Shown in pieces: positions 15,226 to 23,463 of a DNA stretch of 27,700 nt (the stretch's first letter is position 1; each line of letters begins with the position of its first letter). The stretch is from Nanobdellota archaeon (GTDB lineage Archaea > Nanobdellota > Nanobdellia > Pacearchaeales > GW2011-AR1): contig JBFYLR010000019.1 of assembly GCA_041305305.1 (NCBI GenBank), forward strand, positions 1-27,700, given 5' to 3'. Under the pieces are notes generated by a model. That model made no database searches and had not been told where the DNA came from. It saw nothing but the letters and a program-made list of their open reading frames with translations. Both the position numbers and the translations under genes were made by a program.

Positions 15226-15623
15226 AGCCAATCACAGCAAGAGCAACAAAAGGACTGCAAATTGGAAGCGAGCTTGTAGCGGCAGACAACAGCGGGGCAA
15301 GAATAGTCAGAATTACCGGAGTAGTTCACGGAAAGACAAAGAAAGGAAGGCATCAGACTGCAAAAATAGCCGATTGGGTAAAGGTTTCTGTTCGAGTTGG
15401 CAAGCCTGACATGAAGGGACAGGTTTTTGATGCAGTCATTATAAGGCAGAAGAAAGAATACAGGAGAAGAACAGGAGAAAGAGTCTGCTTCGAAGATAAT
15501 GCAGTTGCTTTGCTAAAAGATGACAAAGGAAATCCGAAAGGAACGCAGGTAAAAGGTCCTGTATCAAGAGAGGTGCAGGAAAGATGGGGGCAAGTCGCTA
15601 AAATAGCGCAATTCGTACTATGA
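15222..15623 (+). CDS. rpl14: 50S ribosomal protein uL14
   Basis: ADNSGAR, AVIIRQKKEYRR..G.RV.FEDNAV, GNPKGT.VKGPV.REV. Confidence 0.97.
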   Translation: MKPITARATKGLQIGSELVAADNSGARIVRITGVVHGKTKKGRHQTAKIADWVKVSVRVGKPDMKGQVFDAVIIRQKKEYRRRTGERVCFEDNAVALLKDDKGNPKGTQVKGPVSREVQERWGQVAKIAQFVL

Positions 15624-16021
15624 AACAAGAATTTTCAACACATTGGGTATCCAGCAGACAGCCAAGGAAGCAGCACAAATACAGGGCAAATGCTCCTTTT
15701 CATGTAAAGCATAAGTTTTTAAGCGCTAATTTGTCAAAGGAACTAAGGAAAAAGTATGGCAAGAGGAATCTTCCCCTCAGGAAAGGGGATGAGGTGCTTG
15801 TTATGCGAGGCGCCTTCGTTAAGAAAAAGGCCAAAGTAACTTCTGTTGATTTGAGAAACACCCGTGTTGTCCTTGAAGGGATTCAAAGAACAAAGAAGGA
15901 CGGTTCAAAGGTCAATGTCTTCTTCCACCCGAGTGTTCTGCAGATTCAAATTCTGAATCTGGATGACAAGGAAAGAGTCAATGCCCTCAACAGAAAAACA
16001 GAGAAAAAGGAAATTAAGTAA
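15620..16021 (+). CDS. rpl24: 50S ribosomal protein uL24
   Basis: SRQPRKQ.K...NAP.H, LSKELRKKYG.R..P.RKGDEV.VMRG, HPS...I. Confidence 0.97.
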   Translation: MKQEFSTHWVSSRQPRKQHKYRANAPFHVKHKFLSANLSKELRKKYGKRNLPLRKGDEVLVMRGAFVKKKAKVTSVDLRNTRVVLEGIQRTKKDGSKVNVFFHPSVLQIQILNLDDKERVNALNRKTEKKEIK

Positions 16022-16644
16022 TGGCTCATCAAACAAGACAGGAAACAACAAAAAGACTGCCTATCACAAGAAAAGGCACAAAATATGTAGTAAGAACTCT
16101 ATCTCATCTTGATAATTCCGTGCCTGTTCTTATTGCTGTAAGGGACATGTTAAAACTTGCAAGAACAAAGAAAGAAGTAAAGAAGATGATTCTACAGAAA
16201 CTCCTAAAGATAAACGGGCGCGAGGTCCAAGACTACCGCGAGAGCATAAAATTATTCAATGTATTCCATGCAGGAAAAGATTATACTCTGAAACTTTCTC
16301 CTGTGAGAAAATTCCTTCTTGAGGAGACAAAGGACGGCAGCGAAAGATTATGCAAAATTATAGGCAAGAAATTGCTGAAGAATAAAAAGATTCAGTTTAA
16401 TCTTCTGGATGGTTCAAATATCATATCTGACAAAGATTACAATATCGAAGATTCTCTCTACCTCGATTTCTCAGGCAAAGTAAAGAAGCATATTTCTCCG
16501 GAGAAAGGAAGCGAGGTTTTCATCATCTCAGGAAAATATGAGGGACAGCACGGAAAAATAACGGACATTTCCGGGAAGAAAGTCACAATTAAATTGAAGG
16601 AGAATTCACCTACTATTGAATTCTCACAGGTAATATTGCAATGA
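16021..16644 (+). CDS. rps4e: 30S ribosomal protein eS4 (short form)
   Basis: PI.RKG.K, PVLIAVRD.LKLA...KE, KKI..K......Q.NL.DG.N, IISGK..G..G.I. Confidence 0.93.
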   Translation: MAHQTRQETTKRLPITRKGTKYVVRTLSHLDNSVPVLIAVRDMLKLARTKKEVKKMILQKLLKINGREVQDYRESIKLFNVFHAGKDYTLKLSPVRKFLLEETKDGSERLCKIIGKKLLKNKKIQFNLLDGSNIISDKDYNIEDSLYLDFSGKVKKHISPEKGSEVFIISGKYEGQHGKITDISGKKVTIKLKENSPTIEFSQVILQ

Positions 16645-17147
16645 ACTCAGAAAATCCAATGAGGCGGATTAAGATAGAAAAAGTTCTGCTCAGTTCTGGG
16701 GCTACGGGCGATGATTTAAAAAAATCAAAGAAACTTCTTGAATTGGTATCTGGAAAGAACGCGCAGATTCTAGCTTCAAGAAAGAGAATACCTGAATTTG
16801 ATGTGCGCCCGGGTTTGGAAGTCGGGACAAGAATAACTCTCCGCGGGGAAGAAGCAATATCTCTCTTGAAAAGGCTTTTGGGAGCAATCGACAACGAGCT
16901 CTCAAAAAAGCAGGTGTCAGATAATCATTTCTCTTTCGGAATAAAAGAATATATTGAAATACCTGGAGTAGAATATCAGAGGGACATAGGTATCAGGGGC
17001 TTCAACATAACTGTTGTTTTTGCACGAGCGGGATTGAGGGTGAAAAGAAAGAAGATAAAATCAGGGGAAGTTCCAAAAAAGCAATTCATAAAGAAGGAAG
17101 AAATAATCAATTTCATGAAGGAGGTCTTCAAGACGAAGTTCAAATAA
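16641..17147 (+). CDS. rpl5: 50S ribosomal protein uL5
   Basis: NPMR.I.IEKV, FSFGIKEYIEIPG..Y..DIGI.G. Confidence 0.97.
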   Translation: MNSENPMRRIKIEKVLLSSGATGDDLKKSKKLLELVSGKNAQILASRKRIPEFDVRPGLEVGTRITLRGEEAISLLKRLLGAIDNELSKKQVSDNHFSFGIKEYIEIPGVEYQRDIGIRGFNITVVFARAGLRVKRKKIKSGEVPKKQFIKKEEIINFMKEVFKTKFK

Positions 17148-17148
17148 A

Positions 17149-17379
17149 ATGACAGCAAGCGATTGGAACAAAATCACAAAACAGTTAAGGGACAAGCCCG
17201 CCATACTCCAGAAGTTTCTGAGGCATTGCAAGCCAAAGCAGAGAAAGATGGGAATAGCCGCCAGAAAGTGCGAGCGCTGCGGCAGGTTCGGAGCTCACTT
17301 GAGCCAGTATAATATAAATTTATGCCGACAGTGCTTCCGCGAAATAGCAGAAGAAATCGGATTCAAGAAATACAACTAA
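17149..17379 (+). CDS. rps14: 30S ribosomal protein uS14 (Zn-binding type) with N-terminal extension
   Basis: CERCGR...H...Y..NLCRQCFRE.A..IGFKKY. Confidence 0.96.
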   Translation: MTASDWNKITKQLRDKPAILQKFLRHCKPKQRKMGIAARKCERCGRFGAHLSQYNINLCRQCFREIAEEIGFKKYN

Positions 17380-17380
17380 A

Positions 17381-17755
17381 ATGTCACAAGATGTAATAGC
17401 AGACGCGTTGAACAAGATGCTTAATGCAGACAAAGCCAGCAAGAGCTCTGTATCTTTCGGAAGGCACTCCAAGCTTCTTGTCTCTGTTCTGGCAATAGCC
17501 AGGCTAAGGGGATATGTAAAGAATTACAGAATTGAGAATAATATTCTAAATGTAGAAATCGGGAAGCTTAATTTCTGCAAGGCAATAAAGCCGAGATTTG
17601 TCGTGCAGGTTGAAGAGATAGATAAGTATGTAAAAAGATATCTTCCTGCGAAAGATATCGGAGTAATTATAATTTCCACATCAAAAGGTTTGATGACTCA
17701 TCAGACTGCGCAGGAAAAGAACATAGGAGGGAGCCTTATAGCTTATTTCTACTAA
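17381..17755 (+). CDS. rps8: 30S ribosomal protein uS8
   Basis: D.IADAL, SKLL..VL, LPAKD.G..IISTSKGLMTH, GG.LIAY.Y. Confidence 0.97.
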   Translation: MSQDVIADALNKMLNADKASKSSVSFGRHSKLLVSVLAIARLRGYVKNYRIENNILNVEIGKLNFCKAIKPRFVVQVEEIDKYVKRYLPAKDIGVIIISTSKGLMTHQTAQEKNIGGSLIAYFY

Positions 17756-17756
17756 A

Positions 17757-18299
17757 ATGAAGAAAAAATATCTCGAGGAGATTGCAATCCCTTCAGGAGT
17801 GTCATGTGAACTTGCAAATAAAATACTGAAATGCAAAAAAGATTCAAAGGAGCTCTCAAGAGAGATGAAAATGCCCCATATCTCTGTGAAAATAGAGAAT
17901 AATAAAATTATTCTCTCATGCGAATCAGGAAATAAAAAAGAATACAAAGTTATCAAGGCAAATATCGCTCATCTCAAGAAGATGTTCATGGGGTTGGAGA
18001 AAGATTATGTTTATCACCTTGAATCCTGCAATGTGCATTTTCCAATGACTATGAAAGTTGATGGCAGCAAGTTAGTAATAAATAATTTTCTCGGAGAGAA
18101 AACCCCAAGATTCGCAAGGATTCTGCCAGGAGTCAAGGTGGATGTAAAGGGCGCAAAGATAACTGTCTCGTCACATGACAAGGATGCGGCAGGGCACACT
18201 GCCTCAAACCTCGAGAAAGCAACAAAGATAAAACTGCGCGACAGAAGAATTTTCCAGGACGGAATATTTTTGACTGACCGCCCCGGAGGAGCCAAATAA
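17757..18299 (+). CDS. rpl6: 50S ribosomal protein uL6
   Basis: HFPM, INNFLGEK.PR.A.I, DK..AG.TA.NLE.AT.I..RDRRIFQDGIF. Confidence 0.97.
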   Translation: MKKKYLEEIAIPSGVSCELANKILKCKKDSKELSREMKMPHISVKIENNKIILSCESGNKKEYKVIKANIAHLKKMFMGLEKDYVYHLESCNVHFPMTMKVDGSKLVINNFLGEKTPRFARILPGVKVDVKGAKITVSSHDKDAAGHTASNLEKATKIKLRDRRIFQDGIFLTDRPGGAK

Positions 18300-18643
18300 T
18301 GAAATTCCTAAGAGCAGATACATGCAGGTTTTTAAGGATTGGAAAGAAGAGAAGAAAGATTCAGAAATGGAGAAGACCTCGCGGTAAGTCAAATAAGATG
18401 AGGCTTGGAAGAGCCGGATATCCTGCCGTTCCAAAAGTCGGCTTCAAGACTCCAAAATCAGAAGCGCACCGCGTTCAGGGGCTTATACCAAAAGTAGTTC
18501 ACAATCTTAAGGAGATTGAATCGCTTGGGAAGGAAAACGCAGCGATACTTGCAAGAGTTGGCGCAAAAAAGAAGCTTGAGATGATAAAGAAAGCGGAAGA
18601 ACTGAAGATAAAGATAATAAACTTAGGGAGGAATAAGAAATGA
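18299..18643 (+). CDS. rpl32e: 50S ribosomal protein eL32
   Basis: F.R....F..IG, WRRPRG..NKMR, P.VGF.TP, VGAKKK.E. Confidence 0.93.
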   Translation: MKFLRADTCRFLRIGKKRRKIQKWRRPRGKSNKMRLGRAGYPAVPKVGFKTPKSEAHRVQGLIPKVVHNLKEIESLGKENAAILARVGAKKKLEMIKKAEELKIKIINLGRNKK

Positions 18644-19044
18644 AGCTTGACAAGAAGAAAGCATTCATATCCAAGGTTCTTGGGGTTGGAAAAGGGAGAA
18701 TCGTCCTGAACAGAAACAGGCTGGCGGATATAAAAGAAGCAATGACTCGCCAGGATATAATCGACTTGCTTAATGATAATGCAATATTTATAAGAGATAT
18801 AAAGGGCAGAAAGGCGATAGTTAAGAGGACAACAAGAAGAAGAAAAGGCAGTATAAAATTGCCTGTAAAGAACTCAAAGAGAAAGTATATCATACTTACA
18901 AGAAAATTAAGAGGGTATATTTCAGAATTGAGAAAGGCAGAAACTCTTCCAGAAGAGCGCTATCAGAAACTAAGGAGAGAAATAAGAGCAAGCCTGTTCA
19001 AGAGCAAATCACATTTAAAGGAGAGAATTAAACTGCTAAAATGA
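18640..19044 (+). CDS. rpl19e: 50S ribosomal protein eL19
   Basis: SKVLGVGK.RI, IKEA.TRQDI..L, RRKGS.K, YQ.L.....G/ASLFKSK.HL; canonical position. Confidence 0.92.
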   Translation: MKLDKKKAFISKVLGVGKGRIVLNRNRLADIKEAMTRQDIIDLLNDNAIFIRDIKGRKAIVKRTTRRRKGSIKLPVKNSKRKYIILTRKLRGYISELRKAETLPEERYQKLRREIRASLFKSKSHLKERIKLLK

Positions 19045-19517
19045 GAACAATAAGACGAAGAAGAATTGAAGGCAAAACTGATTATAAATCTAGATTGAAT
19101 CTTCTTAAATCAGAAAAACCAAGGCTTGTAGTCAGAAAAACAAACAGATACATCACTGCTCAACTTGTCATATCTGATATTGCGCAGGATAAGATTGTTG
19201 CAGGATTAAACTCAAAAGCACTTCTATCAAAAGGATGGCCTTCTGAGCTCTCTGGAAGTCTAAAGAGTCTCGGAGCAGCGTATCTTACCGGATTCCTTCT
19301 CGGAAAGCTTGCAATAAAATCCGGAATAAAAGAGGCAATTCTTGACATGGGGATGTACAGAAACATAAAGAATTCAAGAATTTATGCGGTTGTTAAAGGA
19401 GCAGTTGACTCAGGCATGGAAATTCCTCACAACGAGGACATTCTCCCCCAGATGGAAAATATTAAAAATGACAAGATTGCAAAAATATTTGACAAAATAA
19501 CAGGAGGCTCAGAATAA
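19041..19517 (+). CDS. rpl18: 50S ribosomal protein uL18
   Basis: RRRRIEGKTDY..RL.LL, RLVVRKTNR.I.AQ, AAYLTG.L.G, YA.VKGAVD.G...PH. Confidence 0.97.
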   Translation: MRTIRRRRIEGKTDYKSRLNLLKSEKPRLVVRKTNRYITAQLVISDIAQDKIVAGLNSKALLSKGWPSELSGSLKSLGAAYLTGFLLGKLAIKSGIKEAILDMGMYRNIKNSRIYAVVKGAVDSGMEIPHNEDILPQMENIKNDKIAKIFDKITGGSE

Positions 19518-20320
19518 TGGCTGAAAAAGACATAAAAGGAAAACAGAAAGGGCTCGTTGAAGCAACCCCTGAAGAATTGGAGAAGGTTGCGGAGAAAATT
19601 TCAAAAGTAGAAGAACTTCCTATTGAAATAAAGAGAGAGAGGCTAAGCAGAGCAGAGATTGAAGCAGAAAGACAGAAACAAGCGCTTGCTTCATGGGTGC
19701 CAAAAACTGCTCTTGGAAAGCTTGTAAGGACCGGAAAGGAGAAGGACATAGACAAAATTCTTCACGAGCACAAGAAAATTCTTGAACCAGAAATAGTTGA
19801 TTTGTCTCTTAAGCTTGATGTAGACCTTCTTTCAATCGGGCAGGCAAAAGGAAAGTTCGGCGGAGGAAAGAGGCGAGCCTGGAGGCAGACTCAGAAGAAG
19901 ACTATGGAAAGCAACGTCACTTCATTCTCATGCATGGCTGTTGTAGGAGACAGAAATGGGCACGTAGGAATAGGAATGGGCAAAGCAAAAGAAACGCTTC
20001 CTTCCAGGGCAAAAGCAATCAGGGATGCAAAGCTTAATTTAATAAGAGTCACAAGAGGATTTGAAACCAAAGAAGCTCCCGGCTCAAAACCTCACACAGT
20101 TCCATTTGTTGTTGAAGGCAAATGCGGTTCAGTGAGAGTTAAATTGATACCTGCTCCTCGAGGCTCAGGCCTGGTTATAGGGGATGAATGCAAGAAGATA
20201 TTAAAACTTGCAGGAATAGAAGATGTTTACAGCATGACAAAAGGGCAGACGAGAACTGTCTTTAACTTTGCCAATGCATGCATTGATGCGCTTAAAAAAA
20301 CAAGCAGGATGAAACTCTAA
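19517..20320 (+). CDS. rps5: 30S ribosomal protein uS5
   Basis: W.PKT.LGKLV, VVGDRNGHVG.G.GKA.E, PHTVPF.V.GKCGSVRV.L.PAPRG.GLV.G. Confidence 0.97.
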   Translation: MAEKDIKGKQKGLVEATPEELEKVAEKISKVEELPIEIKRERLSRAEIEAERQKQALASWVPKTALGKLVRTGKEKDIDKILHEHKKILEPEIVDLSLKLDVDLLSIGQAKGKFGGGKRRAWRQTQKKTMESNVTSFSCMAVVGDRNGHVGIGMGKAKETLPSRAKAIRDAKLNLIRVTRGFETKEAPGSKPHTVPFVVEGKCGSVRVKLIPAPRGSGLVIGDECKKILKLAGIEDVYSMTKGQTRTVFNFANACIDALKKTSRMKL

Positions 20321-20321
20321 A

Positions 20322-20732
20322 ATGTTATTGCTAATAAGAATATCCGGATTGGTTGAAATGCCCTCAGATGCGCAGGAAACGCTTTTCAGAATGAGGTTAA
20401 GAAAGAAGTACTCTGCAATTCTCCTGAAAGAAACAGAGGGAAACATGAAACTCCTTCAGCACATAAGAAATTTCGTAGCCTATGGCCCGATAGACGCTTC
20501 AACTCTTGAACTCTTAATCTCAAAGAGAGGAAAATCTCCTGACAATAAGAAGGTGGACAGCAAAAAGGCTGCAGAACTAATTGCAAAAGAAGGAATTGAA
20601 AAGTCAGGAATAAAGCCTTTCTTCAGATTGCATCCTCCAAGAGGCGGGATTAAATCAAAGCTTCATTTTCCAAAAGGCGTTTTAGGAGATAACGGAGAAG
20701 ATATTAACAAATTGGTAAGGAGGATGTTATGA
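20322..20732 (+). CDS. rpl30: 50S ribosomal protein uL30
   Basis: IRI.G, TL..MRL, FRLHPPRGG, G..GE.IN.LV.RM. Confidence 0.96.
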   Translation: MLLLIRISGLVEMPSDAQETLFRMRLRKKYSAILLKETEGNMKLLQHIRNFVAYGPIDASTLELLISKRGKSPDNKKVDSKKAAELIAKEGIEKSGIKPFFRLHPPRGGIKSKLHFPKGVLGDNGEDINKLVRRML

Positions 20733-21265
20733 AAGTCAAAAGGCGAAGGAAGAATACAAGATACCGCGGCTCCCAAACTCACTTCAGAGGGCATAGAAAG
20801 AGAACGAAAGGACTGGGCAATCAGGGAGGAAAAGGAATGTCTGGCTCAGAAAATCAGAAGAAATCTCTCATTATACAAAAATATGGGATTGAATATTTCG
20901 GCTCGCATTCAGCGTTAAGAAGAGGAAGAACTTCTCCAAAATTGAAAGTAATAAATCTCTCTGATTTGATTAAGAGATTTGACCTGCTTGTAAAACAGGG
21001 GCTGGCAAAACAGACTCAAAAAGGATTTGAATTTAATCTTGAAGGATATAAAGTTCTTGGAAACGGCCCTCTTGGAGCAAAGATATCTGTAAAAGCGAAC
21101 GCAGCCTCAAAGTCGGCAATAGAAGAAATAAAAGCAGGCGGCGGGACAATAGAACTCAAATCCGACAAACAGGAAGATACACAAACTCCTAAGGAAGAAA
21201 AGACTGCTGAAAAAACAGATGTTAAGAAAGCAAAACCTGCAGTCAAAAAAGAAGCAAAGAAATAA
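20729..21265 (+). CDS. rpl15: 50S ribosomal protein uL15 with Lys/Glu-rich C-terminal tail
   Basis: RYRGS.TH, G.GN.GGKG.SG, GYKVLG.G, S.SA.E.I.A.GG. Confidence 0.95.
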   Translation: MKVKRRRKNTRYRGSQTHFRGHRKRTKGLGNQGGKGMSGSENQKKSLIIQKYGIEYFGSHSALRRGRTSPKLKVINLSDLIKRFDLLVKQGLAKQTQKGFEFNLEGYKVLGNGPLGAKISVKANAASKSAIEEIKAGGGTIELKSDKQEDTQTPKEEKTAEKTDVKKAKPAVKKEAKK

Positions 21266-21285
21266 TTTCGTTCTCCGCTGGATTG

Positions 21286-21350
21286 AAGCCCGCAGCAAAT
21301 AAAGGAAGGTTGAACTTCAAGGACCTCAAGAATCGAAATGAATTGCCTTG
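21286..21350 (+). repeat. Dispersed repeat copy in the convergent rpl15/adhesin spacer
   Basis: Contains AAGCCCGCAGCA (21286-21297), GGAAGGTTGAACTTCAAGGA (21304-21323) and TTGCCTT (21343-21349); CAAGG/CCTTG can close a stem. Confidence 0.8.
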
Positions 21351-21370
21351 CTCAAATTCTGCAACTCTAA

Positions 21371-23434
21371 TTAATCTAATCTTCTGTAGAAAACATATAT
21401 TATCGTTATTGCTAACAACGCTATGGCAAAGTTGAACCTCCCAAAGAAGGGCATGTTCAGCTCCATAAGCCCACATGGGACATCTTCAACAGTTCCATCT
21501 TGGCATTCAGAGTCAACAACATCTGTGCACTGCTCCGCGGTGCTTGGAGCAATTGGAACAATCTCTGCGCTTATTGTGACAGTTTTAGTTCCGCTTTCAT
21601 CATCACATTCGGACTCATCGGATACTGTCTTTGTGCACCTGTAACTGCAGTCTCCCTGTTGTGATGCGCATGATATCTTGCACGCACTATTCTCCCATAT
21701 ACATTCGCATGCTCTTCCAATTATATACCCTGGGTCGCTCAATACTACTCCCGGAGCATAATTCTTGCATGTTGGCTCTGAAGTATAATCAGAGCATTTC
21801 AGCAGGCTTGGTCCAGAAGTGCATCCAGTAGTATTCCAGGTGCAATCAGCATAGCATCTCAATGTTCCTCCTGTGAATCCCAGTCCTATCGTAGTGCAGT
21901 TATTCCCTCCGAGGTTTAATTTATCGCACTTTTCTGTTCCTTCAATAATGCTATTCCCGCAGGTAGCTGTTGAAGTGCCCGTTAGGATTAATGCACTGCT
22001 TTTTGCAACTATGGATTTGTTTGCTTCAAGTGTTACATTGAAGTAATATGTTCCAGATATCGCATTTGCATTCCATTCAAGAACAGTTTTATTGTTTGTG
22101 ACAGTTGCATTAAAGACTGCGACTGTGGCATTCGATGAATTGTAAATTGTAAAGTTTACTATCTCTCCCTGCGAGCAGTTTATTGCTGTCGCGTTCATTT
22201 TTACGCTTCCTTCCCCGAATATGATACTGGTCTGGTTCCATTTTGCCAGATTCAGCACACAGCAGTTCTTTGTTCCGGCAATGCTTCTGGTGTTCCCGCA
22301 TCCATCTGTCTGAGTTACATTCACAACCGTGCAATAATTTGAAAGGTCTGGAGTCCAGGCAGGAGTGCACGCATTGCATACATTGTTTGAACATCCATAT
22401 GGACAGAGCGTTCTTGCAAGAACTCCGCAGGTTAATCCACCGACAACTATTGAATTACATGTTCCCAGGGTTGTGCTGTTAACACATGAAATCGAACCTA
22501 TTACACACTGATTTGAACAGCATGCCTGAGTTTCTGAATCTGCTCCTGAACATGCAGCCCCTCCGCATTGCGGGGTAGGATTTGTGCATGTCCTTGTTCT
22601 TGTCTGCAAATTATTTGTGCATGTGCTCCAGGCGCTCCAGGCGCTCCATCCTCCATTCAAGGTAGGCTTCGTTCCATATCTGTCTCTTTCTGTGTTGCAG
22701 TTGCTTGTCTGATGAACATAAACATAATTGCAATAATTTGCAAGGTCGGGCGTCCATGTACTCGGAGTGCAACAATCTCCCCTGTAGCATACTTGTCCTG
22801 CTGCGGTGCATTGAGCTAAATCGGTCCATTTCGCGCAGTCTCCTCCAATACCAGCAGGCGAGCCATCATATATTCTAGTGCACTGCCTTCCCTGAGGGTA
22901 AACTGTTCCTGTTTTGCATTCTCTTAATCCTATATTGTTGCAGTTGCTATAGCACGCGCAAGTCCAGGTGTATTTACTATAACTGCTCCAACTCCCGCAC
23001 CCCCAGCACCCTGTTGATGAACGGCATGACATTGACAAACTAGAACATTGGCTGCCAGTTACTCTCTGGAACCCTGAAGGACAGACGCATGTGCAGGTAT
23101 ATCCTGATTCAGTCCTTGTGACGATAGATGCTGAAGTAGCGGTTCCGCAGCATGCATGGGTTATCATGCTGCTTCCAGAACTATCGCTGTCACCGCATGA
23201 TCTTGTCTCGCTCGCTACTCCGCTGGCAACTGCTACAAGGTAACCTCTAAGGCAAGGCGCACCATAACTCGTGCATATTGCCGTTCCCTGATAGCTTGAA
23301 CTGCTTCTTGCATATACCCATCCCCCTCTGCTTGCGCAATCGGCATACATATCCAATGCGCCCACAACCCCGGAGAGAACAATCATCAATAGCATTCCAG
23401 AAATAACTGCAACAATCACCCCTCTCTTCTTCAT
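21371..23434 (-). CDS. Cys-rich adhesin-like surface protein with TSP1 repeat, duplicated Cys module, Ig-like domain and C-terminal TM
   Basis: MKKRG-hydrophobic signal; TSP1 motif GGWSAWSAWSTC...QTRTRTCTNPTPQCGGAACSG; CGN...E.CD module; C-terminal MPFFG-TM-RR. Confidence 0.85.
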   Translation of the reverse strand: MKKRGVIVAVISGMLLMIVLSGVVGALDMYADCASRGGWVYARSSSSYQGTAICTSYGAPCLRGYLVAVASGVASETRSCGDSDSSGSSMITHACCGTATSASIVTRTESGYTCTCVCPSGFQRVTGSQCSSLSMSCRSSTGCWGCGSWSSYSKYTWTCACYSNCNNIGLRECKTGTVYPQGRQCTRIYDGSPAGIGGDCAKWTDLAQCTAAGQVCYRGDCCTPSTWTPDLANYCNYVYVHQTSNCNTERDRYGTKPTLNGGWSAWSAWSTCTNNLQTRTRTCTNPTPQCGGAACSGADSETQACCSNQCVIGSISCVNSTTLGTCNSIVVGGLTCGVLARTLCPYGCSNNVCNACTPAWTPDLSNYCTVVNVTQTDGCGNTRSIAGTKNCCVLNLAKWNQTSIIFGEGSVKMNATAINCSQGEIVNFTIYNSSNATVAVFNATVTNNKTVLEWNANAISGTYYFNVTLEANKSIVAKSSALILTGTSTATCGNSIIEGTEKCDKLNLGGNNCTTIGLGFTGGTLRCYADCTWNTTGCTSGPSLLKCSDYTSEPTCKNYAPGVVLSDPGYIIGRACECIWENSACKISCASQQGDCSYRCTKTVSDESECDDESGTKTVTISAEIVPIAPSTAEQCTDVVDSECQDGTVEDVPCGLMELNMPFFGRFNFAIALLAITIIYVFYRRLD
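22625..22648 (-). repeat. 9-nt tandem repeat encoding WSA-WSA-WS
   Basis: The plus strand reads GCTCCAGGC GCTCCAGGC GCTCCA. Confidence 0.7.
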
Positions 23435-23455
23435 ATTATTCCATAACCACTAAGC

Positions 23456-23463
23456 TTTAAAAA
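23456..23463. promoter_or_regulatory. Single TATA element positioned for both divergent genes (adhesin and secY)
   Basis: TTTAAAAA lies 22 nt from secY ATG 23486 and, read as TTTTTAAA, 21 nt from adhesin ATG 23434. Confidence 0.6.

Noticed and set aside
9627-21476. Many 60-170 aa antisense or alternate-frame ORFs over ribosomal protein genes
   Set aside because: They have Phe/Ser/Leu-rich shadow composition from A-rich sense codons, with no motifs or start signals.
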